A stretch of DNA of 64,000 bases from Candidatus Omnitrophota bacterium (GCA_020341815.1 CP070837.1:1300575-1364574), one strand, 5' to 3'. Counted from the first letter of the stretch, positions 19,302 through 30,338 are shown. Made by a program: numbers and translations. The notes: generated by a model from the sequence alone, not told the origin.

Positions 19302-19637
19302 ATGAAAGAATATACCCCCTTCCAACGCAAGGTTTTCAAAGCAGTTTCGGCAGTTCCCTTTGGCCGGAGGCGCAGCTACCAGTGGGTGGCCAGGCGAATA
19401 GGCATGGGCCTTGCTTTGAAGAAAAACAAAGACTTATTTATTGTGCCCTGCCATAGGGTTGTAATGGCCGATGGCGCCCTCGGCGGTTATGTTTTGGGTA
19501 AAAAAATGAAGAAAATCCTTTTAGGTTTGGAGGAGAGATTGACGGGGGCAAGGGCCATCTTTCATCGGCCCTTAGAGGAGCTGCTCAAGGTAAAGGGTAT
19601 TGATAGAAAAGCCGCAAAAAATATTCTCAAATATTAG
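19302..19637 (+). pseudogene. Chimeric ORF: internally deleted Ogt/MGMT-like copy fused to two uvrC 3' fragments
   Basis: MKEYTPFQRKVFKAVS... parallels 20500-20775 but lacks RPHAARAV. 19537-19571 matches uvrC 16828-16862 at 32/35. Ends EELLKVKGIDRKAAKNILKY, like the UvrC HhH tail. Confidence 0.75.
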
Positions 19638-19638
19638 A

Positions 19639-20364
19639 ATGAATGTTAAAGAATTATATCTAAAGAGCAAAGACAACAATCGCCTGGCGATAAACATAAT
19701 TTCCGGGGCTAAGGATAAGGTTATAATTATCTGTCCCGGATTTTTTCAAAGCAAAGATACGCCTACTTTTGGCGCCATTGCCAATTCTTTTGGGGAAGAT
19801 TTTGACATAATAAGCGTAGATATGAGGGGCCATGGACGAAGCGGCGGTCTGTGCACCTTTGGGGTAAAAGAGGAAGAGGACTTAAGCGTAATTATAGATT
19901 ACGCCAGAGAAAGATACAAGCGCATAGGGATGCTTGCCTTTTCTTTAGGCGCATTGGCATGCGTAAATTATGTCTCCGGAAGCGACAGGGTGAACAGTTT
20001 AGTTTTGGTAAGCGCCCCCATGGCCTTTGAGGAAATAGAAAACCAGTTCTGGAAGCCCTCGGCGGTAAAGACCGGCCTGCGCGGCCTGGAAAAGTCAGCG
20101 GGGGCAAGACTCGGCAATCCTTTCCTGGATAAGAAAAAGCCCATTGAGGTAATAGGTAAGGTTTCGCCTACCCCTGTATTGTTTATCCACGGGCAGGCAG
20201 ACCCTATTGTTAGCGTGCGGCACAGCAGGGCGCTGTATAAGGCAGCAGGTGAGCCTAAGAAACTGGTGATATTTGATAAGGGCAGCCATGCCCAGGAGTT
20301 ATTTCAGGATTGTAAAGAGAAGTTTGTAAGTGAAATACAGGCGTGGTTTAAAAAGACGTTATGA
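19639..20364 (+). CDS. Alpha/beta-fold hydrolase
   Basis: DMRGHGRSGG, AFSLG nucleophile elbow, PVLFIHGQADPIV, KGSHA. Confidence 0.85.
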   Translation: MNVKELYLKSKDNNRLAINIISGAKDKVIIICPGFFQSKDTPTFGAIANSFGEDFDIISVDMRGHGRSGGLCTFGVKEEEDLSVIIDYARERYKRIGMLAFSLGALACVNYVSGSDRVNSLVLVSAPMAFEEIENQFWKPSAVKTGLRGLEKSAGARLGNPFLDKKKPIEVIGKVSPTPVLFIHGQADPIVSVRHSRALYKAAGEPKKLVIFDKGSHAQELFQDCKEKFVSEIQAWFKKTL

Positions 20365-20499
20365 AAAATTATTATTTTTATCCATAACATCCGAAATAAC
20401 CGGCCAAAAAGCGTAGGGGACGGCCGGCTGGCCGCCCGATTTATTATAATTATATATTGTAGGGGCATGGTTTCCGCGCCCGTTAATTTTTTCTATAAA

Positions 20500-20775
20500 A
20501 TGAAAGAATATACCCCCTTCCAACGTAAAGTCTTTAAAGCGGTTTCGACAATCCCCTTTGGCCAGAGGCGCAGTTACCGGTGGGTGGCCAAGAGAATAGG
20601 TCGCCCTCATGCCGCCAGGGCCGTGGGGCTTGCCTTGAAGAAGAATAAAGACCTGTTTGTCGTGCCCTGCCACAGGGTAGTAAGGGCGGATGGCGCAATT
20701 GGGGGTTATGTCCTGGGTGGGGAAATCAAGAAGATGCTTTTGGATTTGGAGAAGAAATTGACTCAAAAGGCTTAG
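20500..20775 (+). CDS. ogt: Methylated-DNA-protein cysteine methyltransferase (Ogt/MGMT C-terminal domain)
   Basis: TPFQRKV..IPFG..SY..VA..IGRPHAARAVG, VPCHRVV active-site motif. Confidence 0.88.
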   Translation: MKEYTPFQRKVFKAVSTIPFGQRRSYRWVAKRIGRPHAARAVGLALKKNKDLFVVPCHRVVRADGAIGGYVLGGEIKKMLLDLEKKLTQKA

Positions 20776-20786
20776 CTTGGTATAAT
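20758..20786 (+). promoter_or_regulatory. Sigma70 promoter for prfB-secA
   Basis: TTGACT-17 bp-TATAAT, then GGGAGG SD before ATG 20811. Confidence 0.75.
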
Positions 20787-20810
20787 ATTCTACTAACCCT
20801 TAGGGAGGAA

Positions 20811-21912
20811 ATGATGCTGGATGATTTGAAGGCAAGACTTAAAACTATGGCCGAGCGCCTGGAGCAGCTGCGAGGTTATCTTTGACGTAGACAAAAAAGG
20901 GGCGCGGATAAAGGATATCGAAGGCCGGATGTCTCATCCGCAATTCTGGAAGGACAGCAAAAAGGCCCAGGAGCTGATTGGTGAATTAAAGGGCTTAAGG
21001 AATAGCTGTCTGGGCTGGAAAAAGGCCAAGGAGCAGCACGCGGATTTGGAGGAGCTTGCCGAGGTTGTGGAGAGTGAGGATACTTCAAGTCTTGAGTATC
21101 TGGATAGAGACCTTAGGCAATTATCCAGCGATATAGATAAACTTGAGTTTACCACTCTGCTTAGCGGCGAGGAAGATAAAAATAACGCCATCCTGAGCAT
21201 TCACGCCGGGGCCGGAGGAACCGAATCCTGCGACTGGACAGGGATGCTTGCGCGGATGTATCTTCGCTGGACCGAGAGAAAAGGCTTTGTTGCCTCGACA
21301 CTGGACTTTCTGCCGGGTGAGGAAGCGGGCACAAAAAATATCACTATCCTGATAAAAGGCGAATACGCCTATGGCTACCTCAAAGCAGAGAGCGGGGTGC
21401 ACCGCCTGGTACGCATCTCTCCCTTTGATGCCAATAAGCGCCGGCATACCTCATTTGCCTCTGTAGATGTGATTGCCGAGATAAGTGATGAGATTAAAGT
21501 AGAAATAAAACCCGAAGATTTAAAGATAGATACTTTTCGCTCTTCCGGAGCCGGCGGACAGCACGTAAACGTGACTGATTCGGCGGTGCGCATAACTCAC
21601 CTGCCCACGGGCATCATTGTCCAGTGCCAGAACGAGAGATCGCAGTTTAAAAACAAGTCGCAGGCCTTGAAGGTATTGCGCGCCCGGCTTCACGAAAGAG
21701 AAAAGGAAGAGCAGAGGAAAAAGCTGGAGGCCGGTTACGCCGCCAAGCAGGATATTGCCTGGGGCAGCCAGATTCGCTCCTATGTCCTGCACCCTTATAC
21801 TATGGTCAAAGACCACCGCACCAATTACGAGAAGGGAAACGCAAGTGGCGTATTGGACGGCGATATCGATGAGTTTATCGAGGCCTATCTCAAATGGAAG
21901 GTTAAAAAATAA
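20811..21912 (+). CDS. prfB: Peptide chain release factor 2, with programmed +1 frameshift
   Basis: ATG 20811 reads 24 codons to CTT TGA C; the +1 frame continues into SPF and GAGGQHVN motifs. Confidence 0.95.
20871..20886 (+). other. RF2 autoregulatory frameshift site
   Basis: CGAGGT-TAT-CTT-TGA-C; CTT at 20880-20882; GAC at 20884 is in frame with the downstream ORF. Confidence 0.92.
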
Positions 21913-24789
21913 ATGTTTGGATTTTTGCTGAACAAGATTGTCGGCTCACAAAGCGAGCGCACCTTAAAACGCTTTAAGCCCCTGGTGGATAGAATCAACG
22001 GCCTTGAAGGGACTGTATCTTCCCTTAGCGACGATGAGCTTAAAGGAAAGACCCGGGAGTTTAAAGAGCGTATCGCAAAAAGTGCCGCCGCCTATCAGGA
22101 CGCTTTAGGGGATTTGGAGCGTCAGCTGGGGGAGGTGGCTATCCCTCAGGAGAAGCAGAAAATAAAAGTCAAGATAAGGGACATCAATAACAAAATCTTA
22201 GAAGACGTTTTACCTGAGGCCTTTGCCGTGGTGCGCGAGGCGGCCCGCCGCACTATCGGCCTGCGCCATTACGATGTGCAGCTTATGGGGGCGATGACAC
22301 TGCATTACGGAATGATTGCCGAGATGAGTAACGGCGAGGGAAAGACCCTCGTGGCTACCCTTACCGCCTATCTCAATGCCTTAAGGGGCAGGGGCGTGCA
22401 CGTGGTCACGGTCAATGATTATCTCGCCCGGCGCGACCGCTACTGGATGGGGCCGGTTTATGAGTTTTTGGGTCTTTCCGTCGGTGTCATTCAGAACGAT
22501 ATGGATGATGAAGAAAGGCAAAAGGCCTACAATTGCGACATCACCTACGGCACGAATAATGAATTTGGCTTTGATTATCTGCGCGACAATATGAAGTTTC
22601 GCCGGGAGCAGATGGTTCAGAGAGAGTTTCATTACGCTATCGTCGATGAGGTGGACAGCATCTTAATCGATGAGGCCAGGACGCCTTTGATTATCTCCGG
22701 GCCGGCTGAGGAAGCCACCGATAAATATTATCAGGCCGATAAGATTGCCCGCAAATTAAAAGGGAAAAAGATTACCGATAAGGAAGAGATAGAAGCCAAA
22801 TACAGGGACATAGACTTAACCGCCGGCTTTGATTTTATCATCAAGGAAAAGGAGCATCTGGTTTATCTTACCGAGGAGGGTGAGAAAAAGGCAGCCGGGA
22901 TGTGGGGCGTGGATAACCTTAATACAATCGAGACAATGCCCCTTAAGCACCTCACCCAGCAGGCCCTGCGCGCCCACAGCGTCCTTTTCCAGCGCGATGT
23001 AAATTACATAGTCAAGGAAGGCCAGGTGATTATCGTCGATGAGTTTACCGGGCGCCTGATGCCCGGCAGGCGCTGGAGCGACGGGCTGCATCAGGCCGTT
23101 GAGGCCAAAGAGGGGGCAAAGATCGAAAGAGAAAATCAGACCTTAGCCACGGTTACTTTTCAGAACTATTTTCGTATGTATGAGAAACTCGCCGGAATGA
23201 CCGGAACGGGTTCCACCGAAGCCGCGGAGTTCGGCCACATCTATAGCCTGGATATAGTTACTATTCCCAATAACAGACCGCCGGTTCGCCAGGATTTGGC
23301 CGATGTTATCTATAAAACAGAAAAGGAAAAGTTCCGCTCAGTCGTGGAAGAGGTGGTCGAAAGCCGCAAAAAGGGGCGTCCGGTTCTGGTGGGCACTATC
23401 TCCATCGAGAAATCCGAACATTTAAGCGACCTCCTGAAGCAGCGCGGCATACCTCACAATGTCTTAAACGCCAAGTATCATGAAATGGAGGCGCACATCG
23501 TGGCCCAGGCCGGGCGCATAAATGCGGTTACTATCGCCACCAATATGGCCGGACGAGGCACCGATATCCGCTTGGGCGGAAATGCGGAGTTTATGGCCGA
23601 TGACATCTTGCGCCAGAAAAAGATCGGGCCGCATGATGCAGGTTATCACGAGGAGCGAAAAGGGCTTCTTGATGTTCTTATCCCTAAGGTTTCGGCGGAA
23701 CGCGAGAAGGTTTTGGAGTTAGGCGGGCTTTATGTCCTGGGCACAGAGCGCCATGAGTCGCGGCGGATAGATAATCAGCTGCGCGGGCGTTCCGGGCGCC
23801 AGGGTGTGGCCGGCGCCTCGCGATTTTATCTTTCGCTGGAGGATGATTTGATGCGTATCTTTGCCTCGGAGAGGATTTCCCGGGTTATGGATTTCTTCAA
23901 GTGGGAAGAGTCCGTGCCTATAGAGCATGCCTTGATTACCAGAAGCATCGAGACCGCCCAGAAAAGGGTAGAGGGACACAATTTCGAAATCAGAAAACAG
24001 CTTTTGCAGTATGACAATGTGATGAACCGCCAGAGAGAGGTGATTTATGATGAAAGGCGCCGCGTCCTGGAAAGCGCAAGGCTCAAAGAGCATATCTTTG
24101 AGATGATAGATGAAATGCTGGAGGCCATTTTCGGCCTTTATGCCAATGAAGGTATTCCTGCCGAGGAATGGAATCTGGTGGGACTGAAGAATCACATCAG
24201 GTCGAAGTTTTTCCTGGAGATGGAAGATTTTCCGGCGGGAAGACCCATTGGCCAGATGCGTCAGGATGTTCGGGACAAAATTTATGCCGCCTACGAACAG
24301 AAAGAGCTCGCTTTCGGCAGAGAGAAGTTGGAGCACATAGCCCACATTATTCTTCTTCAGGTGATTGACGCAAAATGGAAGGACCATTTATACAACATGG
24401 ATTTCCTGCGCGAAGGAATCGGCCTGCGCGGCTACGGGGGGCACGACCCTCTGGTGGAATATCAGCGCGAAGGATATGATATGTTTAGCCGGATGGTCGA
24501 GAGCATTAAAGATGAGGCCCTTGAGTTTATCTTTAAGGCCCGCCCGGTAAAAGAAGAGAGGGTCTCCGGTGTCTTTGCGCAGATTCCCCAGCAGTTTTTG
24601 CATCCGGAAAGCGCAAAAGTCAAGGATCTGCCTTCGCAAAAGGAAAAGCCTCTTCCGGAAGCTCCGCCCCGGCCCGCAACTGAGGCACCGCGTCCTTTTA
24701 AGAGAGAAAAAGATAAAATCGGCCGTAATCAACCCTGTCCCTGCGGCAGCGGTAAGAAGTATAAAAAGTGCTGTGGCAGGGACAGTTAA
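21913..24789 (+). CDS. secA: Preprotein translocase ATPase SecA
   Basis: GEGKT, VDEVDSILIDEARTPLIISG, TNMAGRGTDI, SEC-C (GRNQPCPCGSGKKYKKCC). Confidence 0.98.
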   Translation: MFGFLLNKIVGSQSERTLKRFKPLVDRINGLEGTVSSLSDDELKGKTREFKERIAKSAAAYQDALGDLERQLGEVAIPQEKQKIKVKIRDINNKILEDVLPEAFAVVREAARRTIGLRHYDVQLMGAMTLHYGMIAEMSNGEGKTLVATLTAYLNALRGRGVHVVTVNDYLARRDRYWMGPVYEFLGLSVGVIQNDMDDEERQKAYNCDITYGTNNEFGFDYLRDNMKFRREQMVQREFHYAIVDEVDSILIDEARTPLIISGPAEEATDKYYQADKIARKLKGKKITDKEEIEAKYRDIDLTAGFDFIIKEKEHLVYLTEEGEKKAAGMWGVDNLNTIETMPLKHLTQQALRAHSVLFQRDVNYIVKEGQVIIVDEFTGRLMPGRRWSDGLHQAVEAKEGAKIERENQTLATVTFQNYFRMYEKLAGMTGTGSTEAAEFGHIYSLDIVTIPNNRPPVRQDLADVIYKTEKEKFRSVVEEVVESRKKGRPVLVGTISIEKSEHLSDLLKQRGIPHNVLNAKYHEMEAHIVAQAGRINAVTIATNMAGRGTDIRLGGNAEFMADDILRQKKIGPHDAGYHEERKGLLDVLIPKVSAEREKVLELGGLYVLGTERHESRRIDNQLRGRSGRQGVAGASRFYLSLEDDLMRIFASERISRVMDFFKWEESVPIEHALITRSIETAQKRVEGHNFEIRKQLLQYDNVMNRQREVIYDERRRVLESARLKEHIFEMIDEMLEAIFGLYANEGIPAEEWNLVGLKNHIRSKFFLEMEDFPAGRPIGQMRQDVRDKIYAAYEQKELAFGREKLEHIAHIILLQVIDAKWKDHLYNMDFLREGIGLRGYGGHDPLVEYQREGYDMFSRMVESIKDEALEFIFKARPVKEERVSGVFAQIPQQFLHPESAKVKDLPSQKEKPLPEAPPRPATEAPRPFKREKDKIGRNQPCPCGSGKKYKKCCGRDS

Positions 24790-24804
24790 TAAATAAAACC
24801 TTGT

Positions 24805-26295
24805 ATGCGAAGATTTTTAAGAGATATCTTTTTATGTATCTTTTCTGCTATTTTATTGATTCTTTCCTTTCCCAAACCCAACCTCTCGATTCTGGCCTGG
24901 GTTACTCTAGTGCCCTGGTTTTTTGCGCTGGATGAAAGAAGGCCGAAATCTGCTTTTTTCTTTTCTTATCTGACGGGTGTTATTTTCTTTTCGGGAGTTC
25001 TTTACTGGTTAACTCATGTCAGCACTCTGGGCTTTAGCATATTGGCGCTTTTTCTGGCGCTATTTTTTGCGGCCTTCGGGGTGCTTTTTTCTATTTGCAT
25101 GCGCCGCGGGCTTTGCGCTTTGCTGCTTTTGCCTTGCTTCTGGGTTTTCCTGGAATATATTCGCAATCATTTATTCACCGGCTTCGGCTGGGCGCTTCTG
25201 GGCCATTCTCAATATCAGAACTTGGCCTTTATTCAGATAAGCGATATTACCGCTGTTTACGGAGTCTCGTTTTTGATTGTCCTGGTGAATGCGGGGCTTT
25301 GGCAAATCCTTAAAAGGAATATTTTTCTTCCTGCAATTTGCATTTTTTCCTCTCTGGCCTTGACATTAAGTTACGGTTATATTAAATTACATTATCCTCC
25401 GCAAAAAGGAGAGGATATCAAAGTAGCGACAATACAGGGCAATATTCCCCAGATAGTAAAATGGGACCCGGACGCCCGGGGGTATATCCTGGAGAAATAT
25501 CTACGTTTGACTGAAATAGCTTCCGGGGAGCGCCCGGATATAATCATCTGGCCGGAGACCTCTGTGCCGGGATACCTGCAGAATGACCCGGCCCTGTTGC
25601 AAGAGATTTCCTCTTTATCCAAAAGGATTTATCCGGCCTATCTTTTGGTGGGTACGCCTCACGAAGGGGAAAGAGGAAAAATCTATAACAGCGCAACTCT
25701 GTTTTTTCAGGGCGGGATTATGCGGCGTTACGATAAGGTGCATCTTGTTCCTTTCGGAGAATTTATCCCGCTGCCTGCGATTTTTTCCCGTTTTTCATTT
25801 GCCGGGCTGATTGGGAATTTTACGCCGGCTGAAGATTATACGATATTCTGTTTTTCTAAGGAAAAGCAAAGGATACGCCTAGCCGCCCTGATTTGCTTTG
25901 AGGATGTTTTTCCTCATCTGGCCAGGCGCTTTACCAGAAGAGGCGCAGACCTTTTAGTAAATATGACAAATGACGCCTGGTTTAAGGATTCCTCCGAGCC
26001 CGAACAGCATCTTCAGGCCTCGGTGTTTCGGGCGGTGGAAAACAGGGTAAACCTGGTGCGCAGCGCCAATACAGGTGTCTCTTGTTTTATCAATCCCTGG
26101 GGTAAAGTATTAAGCAGGGTTCGTGATGCTTCCGGGCAAGATGTATTGGTTGAAGGGCAAAAGACAGAGAGTTTAAAAATTGTTTCTATGTACAGCTTTT
26201 ACCGCGCCTTTGGCGATGTCTTTGCCTGGGGTTGCTCTCTGGTTACTTTAGGCGCTTTAACTATTGCCCTGCGCAGAAAAAGGAAACCGTTATGA
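24805..26295 (+). CDS. lnt: Apolipoprotein N-acyltransferase
   Basis: QGNI, WPE, YDKVHLVPFGE, ICFE, TNDAWF, RAVENR, RSANTG. Confidence 0.95.
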   Translation: MRRFLRDIFLCIFSAILLILSFPKPNLSILAWVTLVPWFFALDERRPKSAFFFSYLTGVIFFSGVLYWLTHVSTLGFSILALFLALFFAAFGVLFSICMRRGLCALLLLPCFWVFLEYIRNHLFTGFGWALLGHSQYQNLAFIQISDITAVYGVSFLIVLVNAGLWQILKRNIFLPAICIFSSLALTLSYGYIKLHYPPQKGEDIKVATIQGNIPQIVKWDPDARGYILEKYLRLTEIASGERPDIIIWPETSVPGYLQNDPALLQEISSLSKRIYPAYLLVGTPHEGERGKIYNSATLFFQGGIMRRYDKVHLVPFGEFIPLPAIFSRFSFAGLIGNFTPAEDYTIFCFSKEKQRIRLAALICFEDVFPHLARRFTRRGADLLVNMTNDAWFKDSSEPEQHLQASVFRAVENRVNLVRSANTGVSCFINPWGKVLSRVRDASGQDVLVEGQKTESLKIVSMYSFYRAFGDVFAWGCSLVTLGALTIALRRKRKPL

Positions 26296-26885
26296 CCTTT
26301 TATTGTTTGAGCAAATTTCTGTTCGGATTATTTGCCAAGATATTCTTACGCCTGAAAGTCGAAGGCGAGGAAAACTTGCCTGAGGAGGGAGGGTTTATAC
26401 TTGCCGCCAATCATGCAAGCAGCCTGGACCCCTTTATAGTTACAGCGGCAATTCCCCGCTATATCCGCTGGATGGTTGTTTATGAATATTATGACAAGTG
26501 GTATTTAAGACGTATCCTGAGGCGGATGCGCTTTATCCGCATAGAGAACAATTTGCCCAAAGAGGTCTTTCGCGCCCTTAAAAGCGGTGATATAGTGGGT
26601 TTTTTCCCTGAGGGAAGGCGCAGCTGGGACGGGCGCCTGGGCCAGGCCCGCTCGGGGGTGGCGGCTTTGGCCAGGGCAAGCTCCTGCCCCGTAATTCCCG
26701 TAGCAATCCGGGGGACGTTTGCGGCTTTGCCGCGAACGAGGAAATTCCTTAAGTTTTCTCCGGTTACCGTGCGTATCGGCGCGCCTTTAACCTTTGCCAA
26801 GGTCGCAAATAGAAAAGACAGGCAGAGGCGGGATGAGGAAAATACGGGCAAAATTATGGATGCCATTGCCAAATTGTTATATTGA
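26292..26885 (+). CDS. plsC: 1-acyl-sn-glycerol-3-phosphate acyltransferase
   Basis: NHASSLD (HxxxxD), FFPEGRRS, PVIPVAIRG; ATG 26292 overlaps the lnt stop. Confidence 0.85.
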   Translation: MTFYCLSKFLFGLFAKIFLRLKVEGEENLPEEGGFILAANHASSLDPFIVTAAIPRYIRWMVVYEYYDKWYLRRILRRMRFIRIENNLPKEVFRALKSGDIVGFFPEGRRSWDGRLGQARSGVAALARASSCPVIPVAIRGTFAALPRTRKFLKFSPVTVRIGAPLTFAKVANRKDRQRRDEENTGKIMDAIAKLLY

Positions 26886-26910
26886 CAACCCTGATACCTT
26901 AGGATATAAT
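26882..26910 (+). promoter_or_regulatory. Consensus sigma70 promoter for lysS
   Basis: TTGACA-17 bp-TATAAT. Confidence 0.85.
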
Positions 26911-26941
26911 AAGCTGGCTTATTAGTATATAAGGTAAAAAT

Positions 26942-28363
26942 ATGGATAAAATCAGACTGAAGAAATTAGAAGCAATACGCAGGAAAGGAATTTGCGCCTA
27001 CGGGCGGAGTTTTAATAAGTCCTCTGGTATCAAAGAGTTAGTGGACAATTTTCAGGAAGGAAAGTCCACCCAGACCGCCGGGCGGATTATGGCCTTGCGC
27101 AGCCACGGAAAGAGCATCTTTGGGGATTTGAAAGATGAGGCGGGGAGGATTCAGTTTTATCTTAAGCTGGATTCGGTGGGTGAGGAGAATTTTGAGCTTT
27201 TCCTCGACAATATGGATATCGGCGATATTATCGGCGTTAAGGGAAAACTTTTTAAGACGCGCACCCAGGAGCCCACCATAGAGGTTGCCGAATACAAGGT
27301 TTTGGCGAAGTCCTTAAGGCCGCTTCCGGAAAAATGGCACGGCTTAAAAGATATAGAGGTCAGGTTCCGCCAGCGATACTTGGACCTTCTGGCAAATGAC
27401 AGGGTGAGGGAAATATTCGTTCTGCGCAGCCGGATGATTACCAAGATTAAGGAATTTCTGGATAAGCGCGGGTATCTTGAGGTAGAGACGCCCATGCTGC
27501 ATCAGCTTGCCGGCGGGGCGGCGGGCAGCCCCTTTAAGACGCATCATCAGGCTCTGGATACGAATTTATTTTTAAGGATTGCCCCGGAGCTTTACTTAAA
27601 GCGCCTTTTGGTGGGCGGATTTGAGAAGGTCTATGAAATAAACCGCTCCTTCCGCAACGAAGGCATCTCCACTCGGCACAATCCGGAATTTACCATGCTT
27701 GAGACCTATACCGCTTACGCGGATTATGAGGAGGTAATGAAGCTGACCGAGGAGCTGATTGGCTTCTTGGCGCTTGAGCTTTTGGGAAAGACCGAGTTAA
27801 GCTATCAGGGAAAGACGATAGATTTTTCCCGCTGGGAAAGGCGCTCTTTTCAGGAGCTGATGGAGAAAAACTTCGATATCCATCCTCATGAAAATGAAAA
27901 GGTCTGGATTAGCAAGCTGAAGAAAAAAGGCATAAAGCTGGAGAAGGCCAAGCTTAGCCGTTCGCAGATTTTGAATATTATCGCCGATTTACTTTCGCCG
28001 GAGGAGACACATCCGGTGTTTGTAACCGACTTATATACGGAATTGTGCCCTCTTGCCAAAAGGAAAAAGGATAATCCGCTTTTGACCGAAAGGTTTGAGC
28101 TGTTTATCTCAGGCATGGAGGTGGCCAATGCCTATTCCGAATTAAACGATCCTCAGGAGCAGAGAAAAAGGTTTAGTGAGCAGCTGGGCGATTCCAAGGA
28201 AAAGCAGAAGATCGATGAGGATTTTCTGCGGGCCTTGGAATACGGCATGCCCCCGGCGGGCGGCTTAGGCATCGGCATTGACCGGCTGGTAATGTTATTT
28301 ACCGATTCGCCTTCTATCCGCGAGGTAATCCTTTTTCCCCAGTTGAAACCGGAGAAAAAATGA
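26942..28363 (+). CDS. lysS: Lysyl-tRNA synthetase (class II)
   Basis: LRPLPEKWHGL, LRIAPELYLKRL, FRNEGISTRHNPEF, YGMPPAGGLGIGIDRL. Confidence 0.98.
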   Translation: MDKIRLKKLEAIRRKGICAYGRSFNKSSGIKELVDNFQEGKSTQTAGRIMALRSHGKSIFGDLKDEAGRIQFYLKLDSVGEENFELFLDNMDIGDIIGVKGKLFKTRTQEPTIEVAEYKVLAKSLRPLPEKWHGLKDIEVRFRQRYLDLLANDRVREIFVLRSRMITKIKEFLDKRGYLEVETPMLHQLAGGAAGSPFKTHHQALDTNLFLRIAPELYLKRLLVGGFEKVYEINRSFRNEGISTRHNPEFTMLETYTAYADYEEVMKLTEELIGFLALELLGKTELSYQGKTIDFSRWERRSFQELMEKNFDIHPHENEKVWISKLKKKGIKLEKAKLSRSQILNIIADLLSPEETHPVFVTDLYTELCPLAKRKKDNPLLTERFELFISGMEVANAYSELNDPQEQRKRFSEQLGDSKEKQKIDEDFLRALEYGMPPAGGLGIGIDRLVMLFTDSPSIREVILFPQLKPEKK

Positions 28364-29535
28364 AGTGGGAGCTGTTTATAAGCTGGAGATATTTTACCGC
28401 TAAGCGCAGAGAGAGGTTTATCTCTTTAATCAGCCTGATTTCCATTTTAGGGATTGCCTTGGGGGTAATGGCGCTGATTGTGGTTATCTCGGTGATGAAC
28501 GGCTTTGATAAGGAATTGCGCCAGAGGATTGTGGGGGTTAATCCCCATATCCAGATTGAGAAGCACGGCGGAATAGAAAATAGTGATGAGCTTTTGGCAA
28601 TTTTAAATAATACAGAAAACGTTACCGGTGCCAGCCCCTTTATTAACGGGCAGGCCTTATTTAAGGCGGATGAGGCGGTGACGGGGGTTCTGCTTCGCGG
28701 CATTGCGCCTGCTACTGAAGTGAGCGAGATAGAAAAATATCTGCTCGAGGGCAGTATGGATTTGAGTGATAACGATATAATTATCGGAAACGAGCTGGCC
28801 AAAAAATTTTATTTAAATTTGGGCGATAAGGTCTCGGTCATTTCACCGAGTGAGGGTAAGAACTTTAATTTTAATGTTGCCGGTATCTTCAGCTCCGGGA
28901 TGTATGAATATGATTTGAATCTGGTGTTGACCAATATCAAATCCGCCCAGGATATTTTTAATCTGCAGGGCCTGGTGGGAGGCATAGCGGTGCGCCTGGA
29001 TAGTCTTTATAAGGCATCTAGCATGCGCCAGCTGCTTCAGAGAAAGCTGGGATATCCCTACTGGGTAAGAGACTGGATGAGCATGAACAGAAATCTCTTC
29101 AGCGCATTGAAGCTGGAGAAGACAACAATGTTTGTTATTGTGGCCTTGATTGTGGTGGTGGCCTGTTTTAATATCGCCGGAAGCCTGATTATGGTGGTGA
29201 TGGAGAAGACCAAGGATATCGGAATACTTAAGGCTATAGGAGCGGCGAATAAGGCCATAAAAAAGATATTTATTATGGAGGGTGCGATTTTAGGATTTTT
29301 GGGAACTGCTTTGGGCGCAGCCTCGGGTCTTTTGCTTTGCTGGCTGCTCAAGACCTATAAGTTTATTCATCTGCCCCGCGATATTTATTATATTGAGAGC
29401 CTGCCTGTCCAGATGCGCTGGATGGATTCCATAGTTATCGTAACGGCTGCTGTGATAATTGCTCTTTTGGCCACGGTTTATCCGGCTCATCAGGCAGCTA
29501 AGCTTAATCCGGCCGATACGCTGCGTTATGAATAA
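28360..29535 (+). CDS. lolE: Lipoprotein-releasing ABC transporter permease LolC/E
   Basis: SVMNGF, LFSALKLEK, EKTKDIGILKAIGA, YPAHQAAKLNP. Confidence 0.88.
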   Translation: MKWELFISWRYFTAKRRERFISLISLISILGIALGVMALIVVISVMNGFDKELRQRIVGVNPHIQIEKHGGIENSDELLAILNNTENVTGASPFINGQALFKADEAVTGVLLRGIAPATEVSEIEKYLLEGSMDLSDNDIIIGNELAKKFYLNLGDKVSVISPSEGKNFNFNVAGIFSSGMYEYDLNLVLTNIKSAQDIFNLQGLVGGIAVRLDSLYKASSMRQLLQRKLGYPYWVRDWMSMNRNLFSALKLEKTTMFVIVALIVVVACFNIAGSLIMVVMEKTKDIGILKAIGAANKAIKKIFIMEGAILGFLGTALGAASGLLLCWLLKTYKFIHLPRDIYYIESLPVQMRWMDSIVIVTAAVIIALLATVYPAHQAAKLNPADTLRYE

Positions 29536-29553
29536 TATGCGGGGGGATTATTT

Positions 29554-30208
<655 letters not shown>

Positions 30209-30225
<17 letters not shown>

Positions 30226-30338
30226 TATTCAGTATCTTGTATTTAGTAAAATAGAAAATAGTAAAAACACTTATAAATATTTAAAGATTATATAAAAAAG
30301 TTTTTGACTAGATACTAGATACGAGCGACTAGCGACTA
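30209..30338. repeat. Inverted arrays of degenerate 7-bp tandem repeats around an AT-rich core
   Basis: Left TAGTATC TAGTCGC TAGTATT CAGTATC TTGTATT TAGTAAA; right GACTA GATACTA GATACGA GCGACTA GCGACTA (reverse complements of the left units). Confidence 0.85.

Noticed and set aside
20361-20460. Short start-like sequence and GC-rich patch between the hydrolase and ogt
   Set aside because: Only very short open frames and no repeat match; too weak to call a pseudogene.
21386-21402. GAGAGCGGGGTG in prfB
   Set aside because: Encodes the conserved ESGVH motif of release factors; no partner repeat.
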